A stretch of DNA of 38,125 nt from Acidimicrobiaceae bacterium (lineage in GTDB: Bacteria > Actinomycetota > Acidimicrobiia > Acidimicrobiales > JACDCH01), in assembly GCA_041166365.1 (NCBI GenBank), contig JBEEFX010000277.1, positions 1 to 38,125 of the forward strand. Direction: 5' to 3'. The translations under genes and the position numbers were made by a program. Below the pieces are notes generated by a model. The model was not told the origin of the DNA and made no database searches. It worked only from the letters and a program-made list of their open reading frames with translations. Shown one piece after another: positions 1 to 7,692 of this stretch. How positions within the stretch are numbered: position 1 is the first letter of the stretch; each line of letters starts with the position of its first letter.

Positions 1-1782
1 TGCCTCTTCGACGGTGACGCCCTGGAACAGGGTGAACGCCTGCTGCTGTCCGTCGGTCGACGAGATGCCCACCGGCCCCAGTCCAGGAAAGTCGAAGCTG
101 GCCCAGTACTGGCGCTGGACCATCGCCACGCCCGGAAGCTGTGCGAGCCGTGCCTGCACCTCGGGCGATGTCTTGGCGTCGATCGCTCCGGTGTTGTTGG
201 GCGTCAGCGTCGCGACGTACACGCGGCCCTCGGCCGTCGAGCGGGTCATGCGCGCCGCGCCCGTCGACATTCCGGGGAGGACGCCGCCCAGTACGAACGC
301 CATACCGACAGCCGAACCGACGGCGGTGACCACCACCGAGGTTCGTCGTCCTTCACTCATGAGGTTGGACACGGCCACTCGCGCTGGCCCGCGTTGGAAG
401 ATGTTGAGCTTCTCGATTCCGCGAACGAGGAACGGGGTGTAGGCGGGAGTGAGCCGAAAGGCGCTCAGGAACACCATCACGATGCCGATGTACAACGCGG
501 TCGGCTGCCACCCCTCGAGGGCGCCATCGCGCGAGCCCTCCCACGCGAGGACGAGACTCCCCGCCGACAACAGCGTGAACACCACCGCGCGGCGCGCGCG
601 GACTCGGGGCAGCGCGTCGTGCCGTCGAGAGCGATCGACGAGCTCACCGGCGATGTCGAGACGCGCCGCCCGGCGGGCGGGGACGATTGCGGCGGCCATG
701 CTGGCGAGTACGCCGATGGCGAGTCCGACGGTGACACTCAAGACCGTTGGGTGCACCGAGAGGTGGATGCCAGCCGCTTGCTCTGCATAGGTCGAGAGAT
801 TCGCGACGAACGGTCGCGCCGCCAGCAAGCCCATGCCGATGCCGAGGATCCCTCCCGCGACACCGAGCAAGGCCGCTTCGCTGAGAACGCCCACCATCAC
901 GGTCGCCGGTGTGCCGCCGATCGCCGACTCGATCGCGAGCTCGCGCCTGCGCTCCTCGAGCGAGAGCGACATGGTGTTGAAGACCAGCTGACCCCCCACA
1001 GCGATCCCGAACAGGCTGACGAGGAGCATGAACGGAAGCAGTTGGGTCGAGATGTACGAGACCCCGTTGCCCGGGTCGTTCGCGGCGAGAACGCGGTTCT
1101 GCGGGCCGGCCGCCGCCGACACCGCGCGCTGCAACTCGACGGTCGACGCACCGGGCTCGGGCACGACGTAGATCGCGTCGAGCCCGCTGGGCCGACCGAA
1201 CAAGGCCTGCGCCTCGGACAGCGGGTACACCGCGACGAGTCCTCGGTTGAAGCGATCGAAGTCGGTGTCGAGTACCGCCTGATCGAGTGGACGGTCGCCC
1301 ACATCCGTGCGCAGCACACCGTCGGAGCCGCCGGCATCACGCGCGCCGCTTCCGATCAGCGGCGGGCTCGTCTCCGTTGCCTGGGCGAGGAGCGCGGGGT
1401 CGCAACCCTGGGCGCCGAAAATCGCCTCCGCGCGGCAGTCGGCGCCGATGACCGCGACGAGATCGTCGTGACCATGGCGATCGGAGACTTGTGTCACCGT
1501 GAGGACGAGGGGCACGGCGGCCTGCACGCCGTCGACCTGATCGATGGCGGCAACGGTCGACGCGTCGATGCCGCCATGGTCGTAACGGCTGACGACCCGA
1601 AGCGTGGCCGGACCTGCGAGCGCGGAGTTGTAGCTCGTGAACGAACGGTCGAGGCTCGAGCGCGCGATCAGCACCGCGACGGTCAGCGTCACGCCCGCGC
1701 CGATTGCGAGAACGGCGAGCGCGGCGCGCAACGGCTGCCGCTTGAGCTGTCGCAGGTGCATGAGCCGGAACGTGTTCGTCAT
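1..1782 (-). CDS. ABC transporter permease, FtsX/MacB family (3'-partial, runs off the left edge)
   Basis: ATG at 1782 overlaps the ATPase stop (ATGA). Manual translation gives MTNTFRLMHLRQLKRQPLRAALAVLAIGAGVTLTVAVL..., a typical FtsX-like N-terminus. The frame is still open at position 1. It is absent from the ORF track because there is no stop in the window. Confidence 0.85.
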   Translation of the reverse strand, partial: MTNTFRLMHLRQLKRQPLRAALAVLAIGAGVTLTVAVLIARSSLDRSFTSYNSALAGPATLRVVSRYDHGGIDASTVAAIDQVDGVQAAVPLVLTVTQVSDRHGHDDLVAVIGADCRAEAIFGAQGCDPALLAQATETSPPLIGSGARDAGGSDGVLRTDVGDRPLDQAVLDTDFDRFNRGLVAVYPLSEAQALFGRPSGLDAIYVVPEPGASTVELQRAVSAAAGPQNRVLAANDPGNGVSYISTQLLPFMLLVSLFGIAVGGQLVFNTMSLSLEERRRELAIESAIGGTPATVMVGVLSEAALLGVAGGILGIGMGLLAARPFVANLSTYAEQAAGIHLSVHPTVLSVTVGLAIGVLASMAAAIVPARRAARLDIAGELVDRSRRHDALPRVRARRAVVFTLLSAGSLVLAWEGSRDGALEGWQPTALYIGIVMVFLSAFRLTPAYTPFLVRGIEKLNIFQRGPARVAVSNLMSEGRRTSVVVTAVGSAVGMAFVLGGVLPGMSTGAARMTRSTAEGRVYVATLTPNNTGAIDAKTSPEVQARLAQLPGVAMVQRQYWASFDFPGLGPVGISSTDGQQQAFTLFQGVTVEEA

Positions 1783-2501
1783 GTGAGCAGTCCGTCGGCC
1801 ATCGTCAGTACACGGTCCGCGTGCCCAGCGATGAGCGGATCGTGGGTCACGAGCATCATCGCCAAGCCTGCTCCGCGCACCCGAGACACGAGGAGGTCGA
1901 TGATCTCTTCGGCCGTCGTGCTGTCGAGGTTGCCGGTGGGCTCGTCGGCGAGGACGAGTGTCGGGTCGGCCACGAGCGCGCGGGCGATCGCGGCGCGTTG
2001 CAACTCGCCGCCCGAGAGCTCGCTCGGGAGATGGGCGGCGCGGCCGCCGATGCCGACGGCCTCCAGGAGAGGGCGAGCGCGGTCTCGCGCCCGATTCCGG
2101 GACTCGCCGTTCAGGAGGAGCGGCATCGCCACGTTCTCCGTCACGTCGAGGCCGGGGAGCAGATGGAAGGCCTGGAACACGAAGCCGACGCGCCGGCGCC
2201 GGGCAATGGCGCGGCCCCGGGCGCTCATCGACGACAACGACTGTCCTTCGAGCCAGACCTCGCCCTCGTCCGGCGCGGCGAGCCCGCCCGCGAGATGGAG
2301 CAGGGTCGACTTCCCCGATCCGCTACGGCCCACGATCGCGACGATCTCGCCGGGGTGGACGTCGACATCCACGCCGCGCAGTACCGGGAGCGGCTGTCCG
2401 CCCAGCTCGTAGCGGTGGTGCAGGTTGCGCAGCGACAGCAGCGGCTCGCGCCGTTTGGCGACGAGTTGCGGCCGCCGCGGCGCGGTAGTCGTGGTGCCCA
2501 T
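1779..2501 (-). CDS. ABC transporter ATP-binding protein (LolD/MacB-like)
   Basis: Walker A GRSGSGKST, signature LSGGELQR, Walker B LVLADEPTGNLD, H-loop VTHD. Start ATG 2501 follows a G-rich RBS. Confidence 0.92.
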   Translation of the reverse strand: MGTTTTAPRRPQLVAKRREPLLSLRNLHHRYELGGQPLPVLRGVDVDVHPGEIVAIVGRSGSGKSTLLHLAGGLAAPDEGEVWLEGQSLSSMSARGRAIARRRRVGFVFQAFHLLPGLDVTENVAMPLLLNGESRNRARDRARPLLEAVGIGGRAAHLPSELSGGELQRAAIARALVADPTLVLADEPTGNLDSTTAEEIIDLLVSRVRGAGLAMMLVTHDPLIAGHADRVLTMADGLLT

Positions 2502-2521
2502 CCCCAGACCCCCCAGGTCAG

Positions 2522-2580
2522 CCCTACTTACCGGACTATCTATATACATGTCTATTCAGAACATGCAAGAGGAAGTAGGG
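2522..2580. promoter_or_regulatory. AT-rich divergent promoter region with candidate PadR operator
   Basis: Inverted repeat CATGT(2547-2551)-N9-ACATG(2561-2565), nested within CCCTACTT(2522-2529)/AAGTAGGG(2573-2580). Lies between the divergent ABC and padR genes. Confidence 0.5.
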
Positions 2581-2591
2581 TGACGCTTGTC

Positions 2592-3104
2592 ATGCTGAGG
2601 TTCGTCCTGCTCGGGCTGCTCGATGCCGAACCCCGCTACGGGTACGAGCTCAAGGCCGTGTTCGAGCAGTTCCTCGCCGGCACGTGGCCCCTCAACATCG
2701 GCCAGGTGTACACGGCACTGGCCCGCCTCGAGAAGGAAGTCCTCGTCGAGTGCCAGGTGGTGCCCCAGGACCTCCTGCCGGATCGCAAGGTCTACGCGCT
2801 CACCGACGCGGGGCGCGCGGAGCTGCGCGAGTGGGCCGACGAACCCGACACCGGCCCGGTGAGCCTGCGGGATGCGTTCTTCCTCAAGATCGCCGTGCGA
2901 TCACTCAATGGTGAGAGCCCGCGCGAGCTCATCAACAAGCAACGGGCGGAGCACCTCTCTGCGCTGGCCGAGCTCGGACGACTTCAACACGAACCCAACC
3001 TCCATCCTGCGACAGGATTGCTGCTCGAGGGCGCGCTGCTGCGTCTCGAAGCCGACCTGAAGTGGCTCGATCTATGCGAGGACAGGCTCAAGGACACGAC
3101 GTGA
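2592..3104 (+). CDS. PadR family transcriptional regulator (long subfamily with C-terminal helical domain)
   Basis: MLRFVLLGLL...YGYELK...WPLNIGQVYTALARLEKE...RKVYALTDAGR is a PadR winged helix. C-terminal LEADLKWLD. Confidence 0.92.
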   Translation: MLRFVLLGLLDAEPRYGYELKAVFEQFLAGTWPLNIGQVYTALARLEKEVLVECQVVPQDLLPDRKVYALTDAGRAELREWADEPDTGPVSLRDAFFLKIAVRSLNGESPRELINKQRAEHLSALAELGRLQHEPNLHPATGLLLEGALLRLEADLKWLDLCEDRLKDTT

Positions 3105-3832
3105 TCGAGTTGCGGAACGTATTCCGCTCGTTCGATCAAGACGAGGCCCGAGTCGACGCGGTGCGGGGAATCGATCTCACGATCGAGCGCGGTCAATTCG
3201 TCGCGGTGATCGGGCCTTCGGGTTCCGGCAAGTCGACCGTCTTGAACTTGATCGGTGCGCTCGATCGACCGACTGAAGGCGACGTGCTGCTCGACGGCCG
3301 ATCACTCTCGAAATGCAGTCGCACCGAGCTGGCGCGGCTCCGCGGGTTGACGATCGGGTTCGTGTTCCAGGCCTTCAACCTCGTGCCCGGCATCACTGCG
3401 GCCGAGAACGTCGCGCTGCCGGCGGTGCTGCTGCGCAAGCGGCCGGCCGAGTATCGCGACGACGTCGCACGGTTGCTCGACCTCGTGGGCCTGCTGGCGA
3501 AGGCGGAGCGGTTGCCTGGCCAGTTGTCGGGTGGCGAGCAACAACGTGTCGCGTTCGCGCGTGCGCTGGTGATGGATCCTCCGATCCTGCTGGCCGACGA
3601 GCCGACCGGAAATCTCGACACCAAGGCGGGCGAGGCGATCGTCGACCTGCTCGAGGCGAGCCACGACGCCGGACGCACGATCGTGTTGGTCACGCACGAC
3701 CTGCGCCTGGCCAGCCGCGCGCAACGCATCGTCCACCTCCGCGACGGCGAGATCACCCACATCACGTGTCCATCGCAGCGCGACCGCCGTTTGGAGGAGA
3801 TCCTCGAAGTCGGCGACCACGACGCTCGCTGA
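3101..3832 (+). CDS. ABC transporter ATP-binding protein (LolD/MacB-like)
   Basis: GTGA overlap with padR. Motifs GPSGSGKST, LSGGEQQR, LLADEPTGNLD, VTHD. Confidence 0.92.
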   Translation: MIELRNVFRSFDQDEARVDAVRGIDLTIERGQFVAVIGPSGSGKSTVLNLIGALDRPTEGDVLLDGRSLSKCSRTELARLRGLTIGFVFQAFNLVPGITAAENVALPAVLLRKRPAEYRDDVARLLDLVGLLAKAERLPGQLSGGEQQRVAFARALVMDPPILLADEPTGNLDTKAGEAIVDLLEASHDAGRTIVLVTHDLRLASRAQRIVHLRDGEITHITCPSQRDRRLEEILEVGDHDAR

Positions 3833-3893
3833 ATCGGTCGTCGCTCCTCGTCCACATTCCGCACCAAGAGCGAACGCGACCAGGGGCGGCGCG

Positions 3894-3899
3894 TACGCT
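3894..3899 (+). promoter_or_regulatory. Putative -10 element (TACGCT) for tRNA-Gln
   Basis: TANNNT hexamer 11 nt upstream of the tRNA 5' end. Confidence 0.4.
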
Positions 3900-3910
3900 G
3901 ATCGCGACCT

Positions 3911-3981
3911 TCGGGGGTCGTCCAATGGCAGGACTCCAGTTTTTGGTGCTGGCTATCGGGGTTCGAGTCCCTGCCCCCGAG
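3911..3981 (+). tRNA. tRNA-Gln (anticodon TTG), CCA not encoded
   Basis: Acceptor stem TCGGGGG/CCCCCGA, D-loop with GG, anticodon arm CCAGT-TTTTGGT-GCTGG, T-loop GTTCGAGTC. This position upstream of glmU is typical in Actinobacteria. Confidence 0.95.
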
Positions 3982-3986
3982 CTTCT

Positions 3987-4027
3987 TGCGCTGGTCAACC
4001 ACCCACACGGGGTTGAGCAGCGCATTT
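3987..4027 (+). terminator. Hairpin downstream of tRNA (terminator or REP-like)
   Basis: TGCGCTG-G-TCAACC / GGTTGA-G-CAGCGCA followed by TTT. Confidence 0.5.
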
Positions 4028-4109
4028 GCACTCCTGACCGGGTGATCGCGAACCGGTGTGTTCACCTGTGTGATGGCTAGTCGTCGCCCGTAGCGGTAGA
4101 ACGTCTGTC

Positions 4110-5210
4110 ATGCCCGAACGTCCCCTCAGCGCCGTGGTGCTGGCCGCCGGAGAGGGCACCCGCATGCGGTCGACCCGCCCGAAGCCGCTGCACATGCTCT
4201 GCGGGCGCGCCATGGTCCTCTACGTCCTCGACGCGCTGGCCGACTGCGAGGTCACCAGGGCCGTCGTCGTCGTCGGTCATGGAGCAGAGCGGGTCACCAA
4301 GAAGCTGCAGGAAGAGGCGGGCGACCTCGAGCTCGACTTCGTCGAACAGCACGTGCAGCGGGGCACCGGCGACGCCACGAGCGTCGGCCTGACCGCCTTT
4401 CCTGACGACGATGATGACGGTGACGTGCTCGTCCTGCCGGGCGACACGCCACTCCTGCGCGCGTCGACGATCGCCTCGCTGGTGCGCGAGCACCGTCTCA
4501 CCGAGGCGGCGTGCACGATCCTCACCGCCATCTCCGACGACGCCACTGGCTACGGCCGCATCGTGCGGGGCAAGGACGACCGTGTCGTGCGCGTCGTCGA
4601 GGAGCGCGACGCCACCGACGAAGAGCGCGCCACCACCGAATGGAACACGTCGATCTACTGCTTCCGCCGCAGCGTGCTCGCCCCCGCGCTGCGCCGTCTC
4701 ACACCGGACAACGACCAGGGTGAGTACTACCTGACCGACGTGGTGGAGGTGCTGCACGACGCGGGCTACTCGATCGTGCCGATCGTCGCTCCCGACGACA
4801 TCGAGGCGACCGGCATCAACGACCGCCGGCAGCTCGCCGCCGCGGAAGCCGAGCTGCGCCGACGGATCAACGATGCCTGGCTCGGCGCCGGCGTCACGAT
4901 GGTCGACCCCGATCGCACGTACATCGACTCGACCGTGCTACTGGCACCCGACGTCACGATCTTCCCCGGCACGCTGCTCCAGGGCGCCACCGTCGTCGGC
5001 GAAGGCGCGGAGCTCGGCCCTGACACCCGGCTCGTCGATTGCACGGTGGGCGACGGTGCCATCGTCGAGCGCACCGTCGGACGCCACGCCGACGTCGGGG
5101 CCGACGCCGTGGTCGGCCCTTATGCCGTGCTCGAGCCGGGAGCGCACATTGCGCCCGGGGCTCGAACGGGCTCGTTCTACACTGCGACTGCGGAGGACCC
5201 AGGAACCTAG
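4110..5210 (+). CDS. glmU: GlmU-like GlcNAc-1-phosphate uridyltransferase with C-terminally short left-handed beta helix
   Basis: Motifs LAAGEGTRMRSTRPKPLH, QRGTGDA, LPGDTPLL, GYGRIVR, NDQGEYYLTD, GINDRRQLA, followed by hexapeptide repeats. Lies between tRNA-Gln and prs. Only 366 aa. Confidence 0.88.
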   Translation: MPERPLSAVVLAAGEGTRMRSTRPKPLHMLCGRAMVLYVLDALADCEVTRAVVVVGHGAERVTKKLQEEAGDLELDFVEQHVQRGTGDATSVGLTAFPDDDDDGDVLVLPGDTPLLRASTIASLVREHRLTEAACTILTAISDDATGYGRIVRGKDDRVVRVVEERDATDEERATTEWNTSIYCFRRSVLAPALRRLTPDNDQGEYYLTDVVEVLHDAGYSIVPIVAPDDIEATGINDRRQLAAAEAELRRRINDAWLGAGVTMVDPDRTYIDSTVLLAPDVTIFPGTLLQGATVVGEGAELGPDTRLVDCTVGDGAIVERTVGRHADVGADAVVGPYAVLEPGAHIAPGARTGSFYTATAEDPGT

Positions 5211-5230
5211 GACGAGGGGCGCAGCGGGCG

Positions 5231-6202
5231 ATGGAGTTGGTGACCAAGAAGATCCTGCGGCTCTACTCCGGCCGCTCGCATCCCAAGCTCGCCGAGGACA
5301 TCGCCGATCGTCTCGGCGTGCCGCTCGGCGAGGCCAACGTGCGCGACTTCCCGAACGGCGAAGTGCACTGTCGATTCGGCGAGAACATCCGCGGCGCCGA
5401 CGTCTTCATCATCCAGACGCATTGCGGGTCGGTGAACGACTCGATCATGGAGCAACTGATCATGATCGACGCGGCCAAACGAGCATCGGCGAAGCGCATC
5501 ACCGCCGTGTGCCCGCTCTACGGCTACTCCCGCCAGGACCGCAAGGCCGAAGGACGCGAGCCCATCGCCGCCAAGCTCGTCGCCGATCTGCTCACTGCAG
5601 CCGGCGCCAGCCGGATGTTGAGCGTCGATCTCCACTCCGGCCAGATCCAGGGATTCTTCGACAAGCCCGTCGATCATCTGACGGCGATGCCGGTGCTCCT
5701 CGACTACATCGAACGTGAGTGCGCGGGCGACATCGTGGTCGTCGCTCCCGACGCCGGCCGGGTGAAGGTCGCCGAGCGCTACAGCCAGCACCTCTCCGCC
5801 GATCTCGCGTTCGTGCACAAGCGCCACATCAAGGGAAAGTCCGACGAGGTCGAGGCTCGTGGGGTGATCGGCGACGTCGATGGGCGCCGCTGCGTGATCA
5901 TCGACGATCGCATCGACACCGCGGGCACGATCGTCGCCGCGGCCGACATCCTCACCGAGAACGGTGCCACCGAGGTGTGGGCGATGGCCACGCACGGTGT
6001 GCTGGCCGACCCGGCAGTCGACCGCCTCAAGAACTCGCTCATCTCCCGCGTCGTCATCACCGACACGGTGCCGGTTCCTCCCGAGAAGCAGATGGACAAG
6101 CTCGAAATTCTGTCCGTCGCGAACATCATCGGCGACGCCATCGACGTGATCTTCGAAGACAAGTCGGTGAGCGAGCTCTTCGGCGGCGAGAACCAGAACT
6201 GA
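5231..6202 (+). CDS. prs: Ribose-phosphate pyrophosphokinase
   Basis: Motifs FPNGE, YGYSRQDRK, VDLHSGQIQGFF, APDAGR, IIDDRIDTAGT, ATHGVL. Confidence 0.97.
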   Translation: MELVTKKILRLYSGRSHPKLAEDIADRLGVPLGEANVRDFPNGEVHCRFGENIRGADVFIIQTHCGSVNDSIMEQLIMIDAAKRASAKRITAVCPLYGYSRQDRKAEGREPIAAKLVADLLTAAGASRMLSVDLHSGQIQGFFDKPVDHLTAMPVLLDYIERECAGDIVVVAPDAGRVKVAERYSQHLSADLAFVHKRHIKGKSDEVEARGVIGDVDGRRCVIIDDRIDTAGTIVAAADILTENGATEVWAMATHGVLADPAVDRLKNSLISRVVITDTVPVPPEKQMDKLEILSVANIIGDAIDVIFEDKSVSELFGGENQN

Positions 6203-6204
6203 CT

Positions 6205-6221
6205 CCGCGTCGGTCACGCGG
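6205..6221. terminator. Short hairpin between convergent genes
   Basis: CCGCGT-cggtc-ACGCGG between the prs stop and the convergent gene stop. Confidence 0.3.
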
Positions 6222-6227
6222 GTGTGA

Positions 6228-6845
6228 TCAGCGCGCCCGGCGCCGGCGACCTCGCTCGAGTGCGATCACCAAGCCGCCGATCCCGGCCACGAGCAGAGCG
6301 ACGCCGAGCACCGCGAGGATGTTCGACGAGTCCTTCTTGCCCGGGGTGGTGACGATGACGGCGCCGGTGGTGGTGGTCGACTCGACCGTGGTCGTGGTCG
6401 TGGTCGAGGTGGTGGCCGTCGTCGCGGTGGTCGCGGTGCTGGCCGTCGTCGTCGTCGGTCTCGTCGTCGTGGTGGCGCGTGGTGGTGCCGTCGTCGTCGG
6501 AGGGGAGGTGGTGGCCGGCCCGCGCACGATGACCGCTCCCGAGGCACCGTTCTCGTCGACGCGGTAGGCGAACGTCCCGCGCTCGCCGCCGGTGGAGAAC
6601 GGGCCGAACAATTCGCTGCCGTGGGGCGGGATCGGGTCGCCGTAGGCCCGTCCCGCCGCGAAGATCGTGTGCTCGACGTCGTCGTCGTTGAAGAACATGA
6701 CGGTGTCGCCATCGTCGACGGTGAGCTGTGCCGGGTTCGGCGCGCCGTCGACGATGTGCATCTCGGCGGTGGCCGCGTTCGCGGGCGTGGCAAGGAAGAT
6801 GAGCAGACAGGACACCGCCACGGCGACGGCGGACGATGTACGCAC
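6228..6845 (-). CDS. Secreted, membrane-anchored cupredoxin-like protein with Thr-rich linker
   Basis: Signal peptide ending PANA-A. PAQLTVDDGDTVMFFNDDDVEHTI resembles a plastocyanin-type N-terminus. Then a Thr-rich stalk, a C-terminal TM helix and RGRRRRAR. Confidence 0.7.
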   Translation of the reverse strand: MRTSSAVAVAVSCLLIFLATPANAATAEMHIVDGAPNPAQLTVDDGDTVMFFNDDDVEHTIFAAGRAYGDPIPPHGSELFGPFSTGGERGTFAYRVDENGASGAVIVRGPATTSPPTTTAPPRATTTTRPTTTTASTATTATTATTSTTTTTTVESTTTTGAVIVTTPGKKDSSNILAVLGVALLVAGIGGLVIALERGRRRRAR

Positions 6846-6954
6846 GCAGTTCAGTTGGCCAACGCCGGGCGTCGGTCCTTCCAAGGCGGACTCACCTCTT
6901 CGACCCGATCGCCGTGGCAATGTCGATGGCTGGTGTGAATGCATCCACGGCCCC

Positions 6955-7005
6955 TAGCATGCCTCTTTCCCAAACAGCGCTCCGGCGCGATCTCTGAAGT
7001 AGGAG
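6955..7005 (+). promoter_or_regulatory. -10 element (TAGCAT) and RBS (AGGAG) for rplY
   Basis: TAGCAT at 6955-6960. AGGAG at 7001-7005, 6 nt before ATG 7012. Confidence 0.5.
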
Positions 7006-7011
7006 CTTCCG

Positions 7012-7689
7012 ATGGCTGAGATCACTCTTCCGGCCCGTAGCGGCCGTCCCACTGGCTCACGACCCAGCAATCGCCTGCGGGCCGAGGGCAAGGTCCCCGC
7101 CACCGTGTACGGACTCGGCAGCGACGCCGTCACCGTCAGCGTCGACTGGCGCGATCTGCGTCAGGCGCTCACGACCGATGCCGGCATGAACGCGCTGATC
7201 AACCTCCAGATCGACGAGCACGCCAGCGAGCTCACCATCGTCAAGGAGCTGCAGCGCCATCCGATCAAACGCAGTGTGCTCCACATCGACTTCTTGCGTG
7301 TCAGTCGTGACGTTGCCATCGAGGTCGAGGTGCCGATCGTGCTGACCGGCGAGGCCGAGCAGGTCACTCGCGACGGCGGTACGGTCGACCAAGCGCTGTT
7401 CCACCTCACCATCAGCGCGAAGCCCGGATCGATCCCGAACGAGCTCGTGGCCGACATCAGCGGGCTCACGATCGGCGATGCGATCCGCGTCGGCGACCTG
7501 ACCCTGCCGGAAGGCGTGGAGACCGAGGTCGATGCCGAGGAGCCGGTCGTGATCGGCTCGGCGCCACAGGCCGAGGAAGTCGCGGAGGGTCTCGAGGGCG
7601 AAGCGGCCGAGGGCGAGGCCGCCGAAGGCGAGCCGGCCGGCGGCGAGCCCTCCGACGCCGCACCCTCCGAGGGTGGCGGCGAGGAGTAG
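7012..7689 (+). CDS. rplY: 50S ribosomal protein L25 / general stress protein Ctc
   Basis: RLRAEGKVPATVYG, KELQRHPIKRSVLHIDFLRV, a C-terminal beta domain and an acidic tail. prs-rplY-pth synteny. Confidence 0.96.
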   Translation: MAEITLPARSGRPTGSRPSNRLRAEGKVPATVYGLGSDAVTVSVDWRDLRQALTTDAGMNALINLQIDEHASELTIVKELQRHPIKRSVLHIDFLRVSRDVAIEVEVPIVLTGEAEQVTRDGGTVDQALFHLTISAKPGSIPNELVADISGLTIGDAIRVGDLTLPEGVETEVDAEEPVVIGSAPQAEEVAEGLEGEAAEGEAAEGEPAGGEPSDAAPSEGGGEE

Positions 7690-7692
7690 ACG

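Noticed and set aside
394-2412. 672-aa + strand ORF, and similar long ORFs such as 7057-8685(-), 8652-11006(+), 12179-14050(-) and 17005-19977(-)
   Set aside because: These are antisense shadows of recognisable genes in high-GC DNA. They are Arg/His/Gly-rich and have no motifs.
3911-3981. tRNA as an integration site for a genomic island
   Set aside because: No integrase and no duplicated tRNA 3' end in the window. The tRNA is followed by its usual neighbour glmU.
5039-5230. Possible frameshifted continuation of glmU into the upstream extension of the prs ORF
   Set aside because: That frame has no GlmU motifs, and only 20 nt separate the glmU stop from the prs ATG.
6360-6510. GTC/GTG-rich tandem-like repeats (also ~37940-37980)
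   Set aside because: These are Thr-codon low-complexity linkers within CDSs, not a CRISPR array or VNTR.
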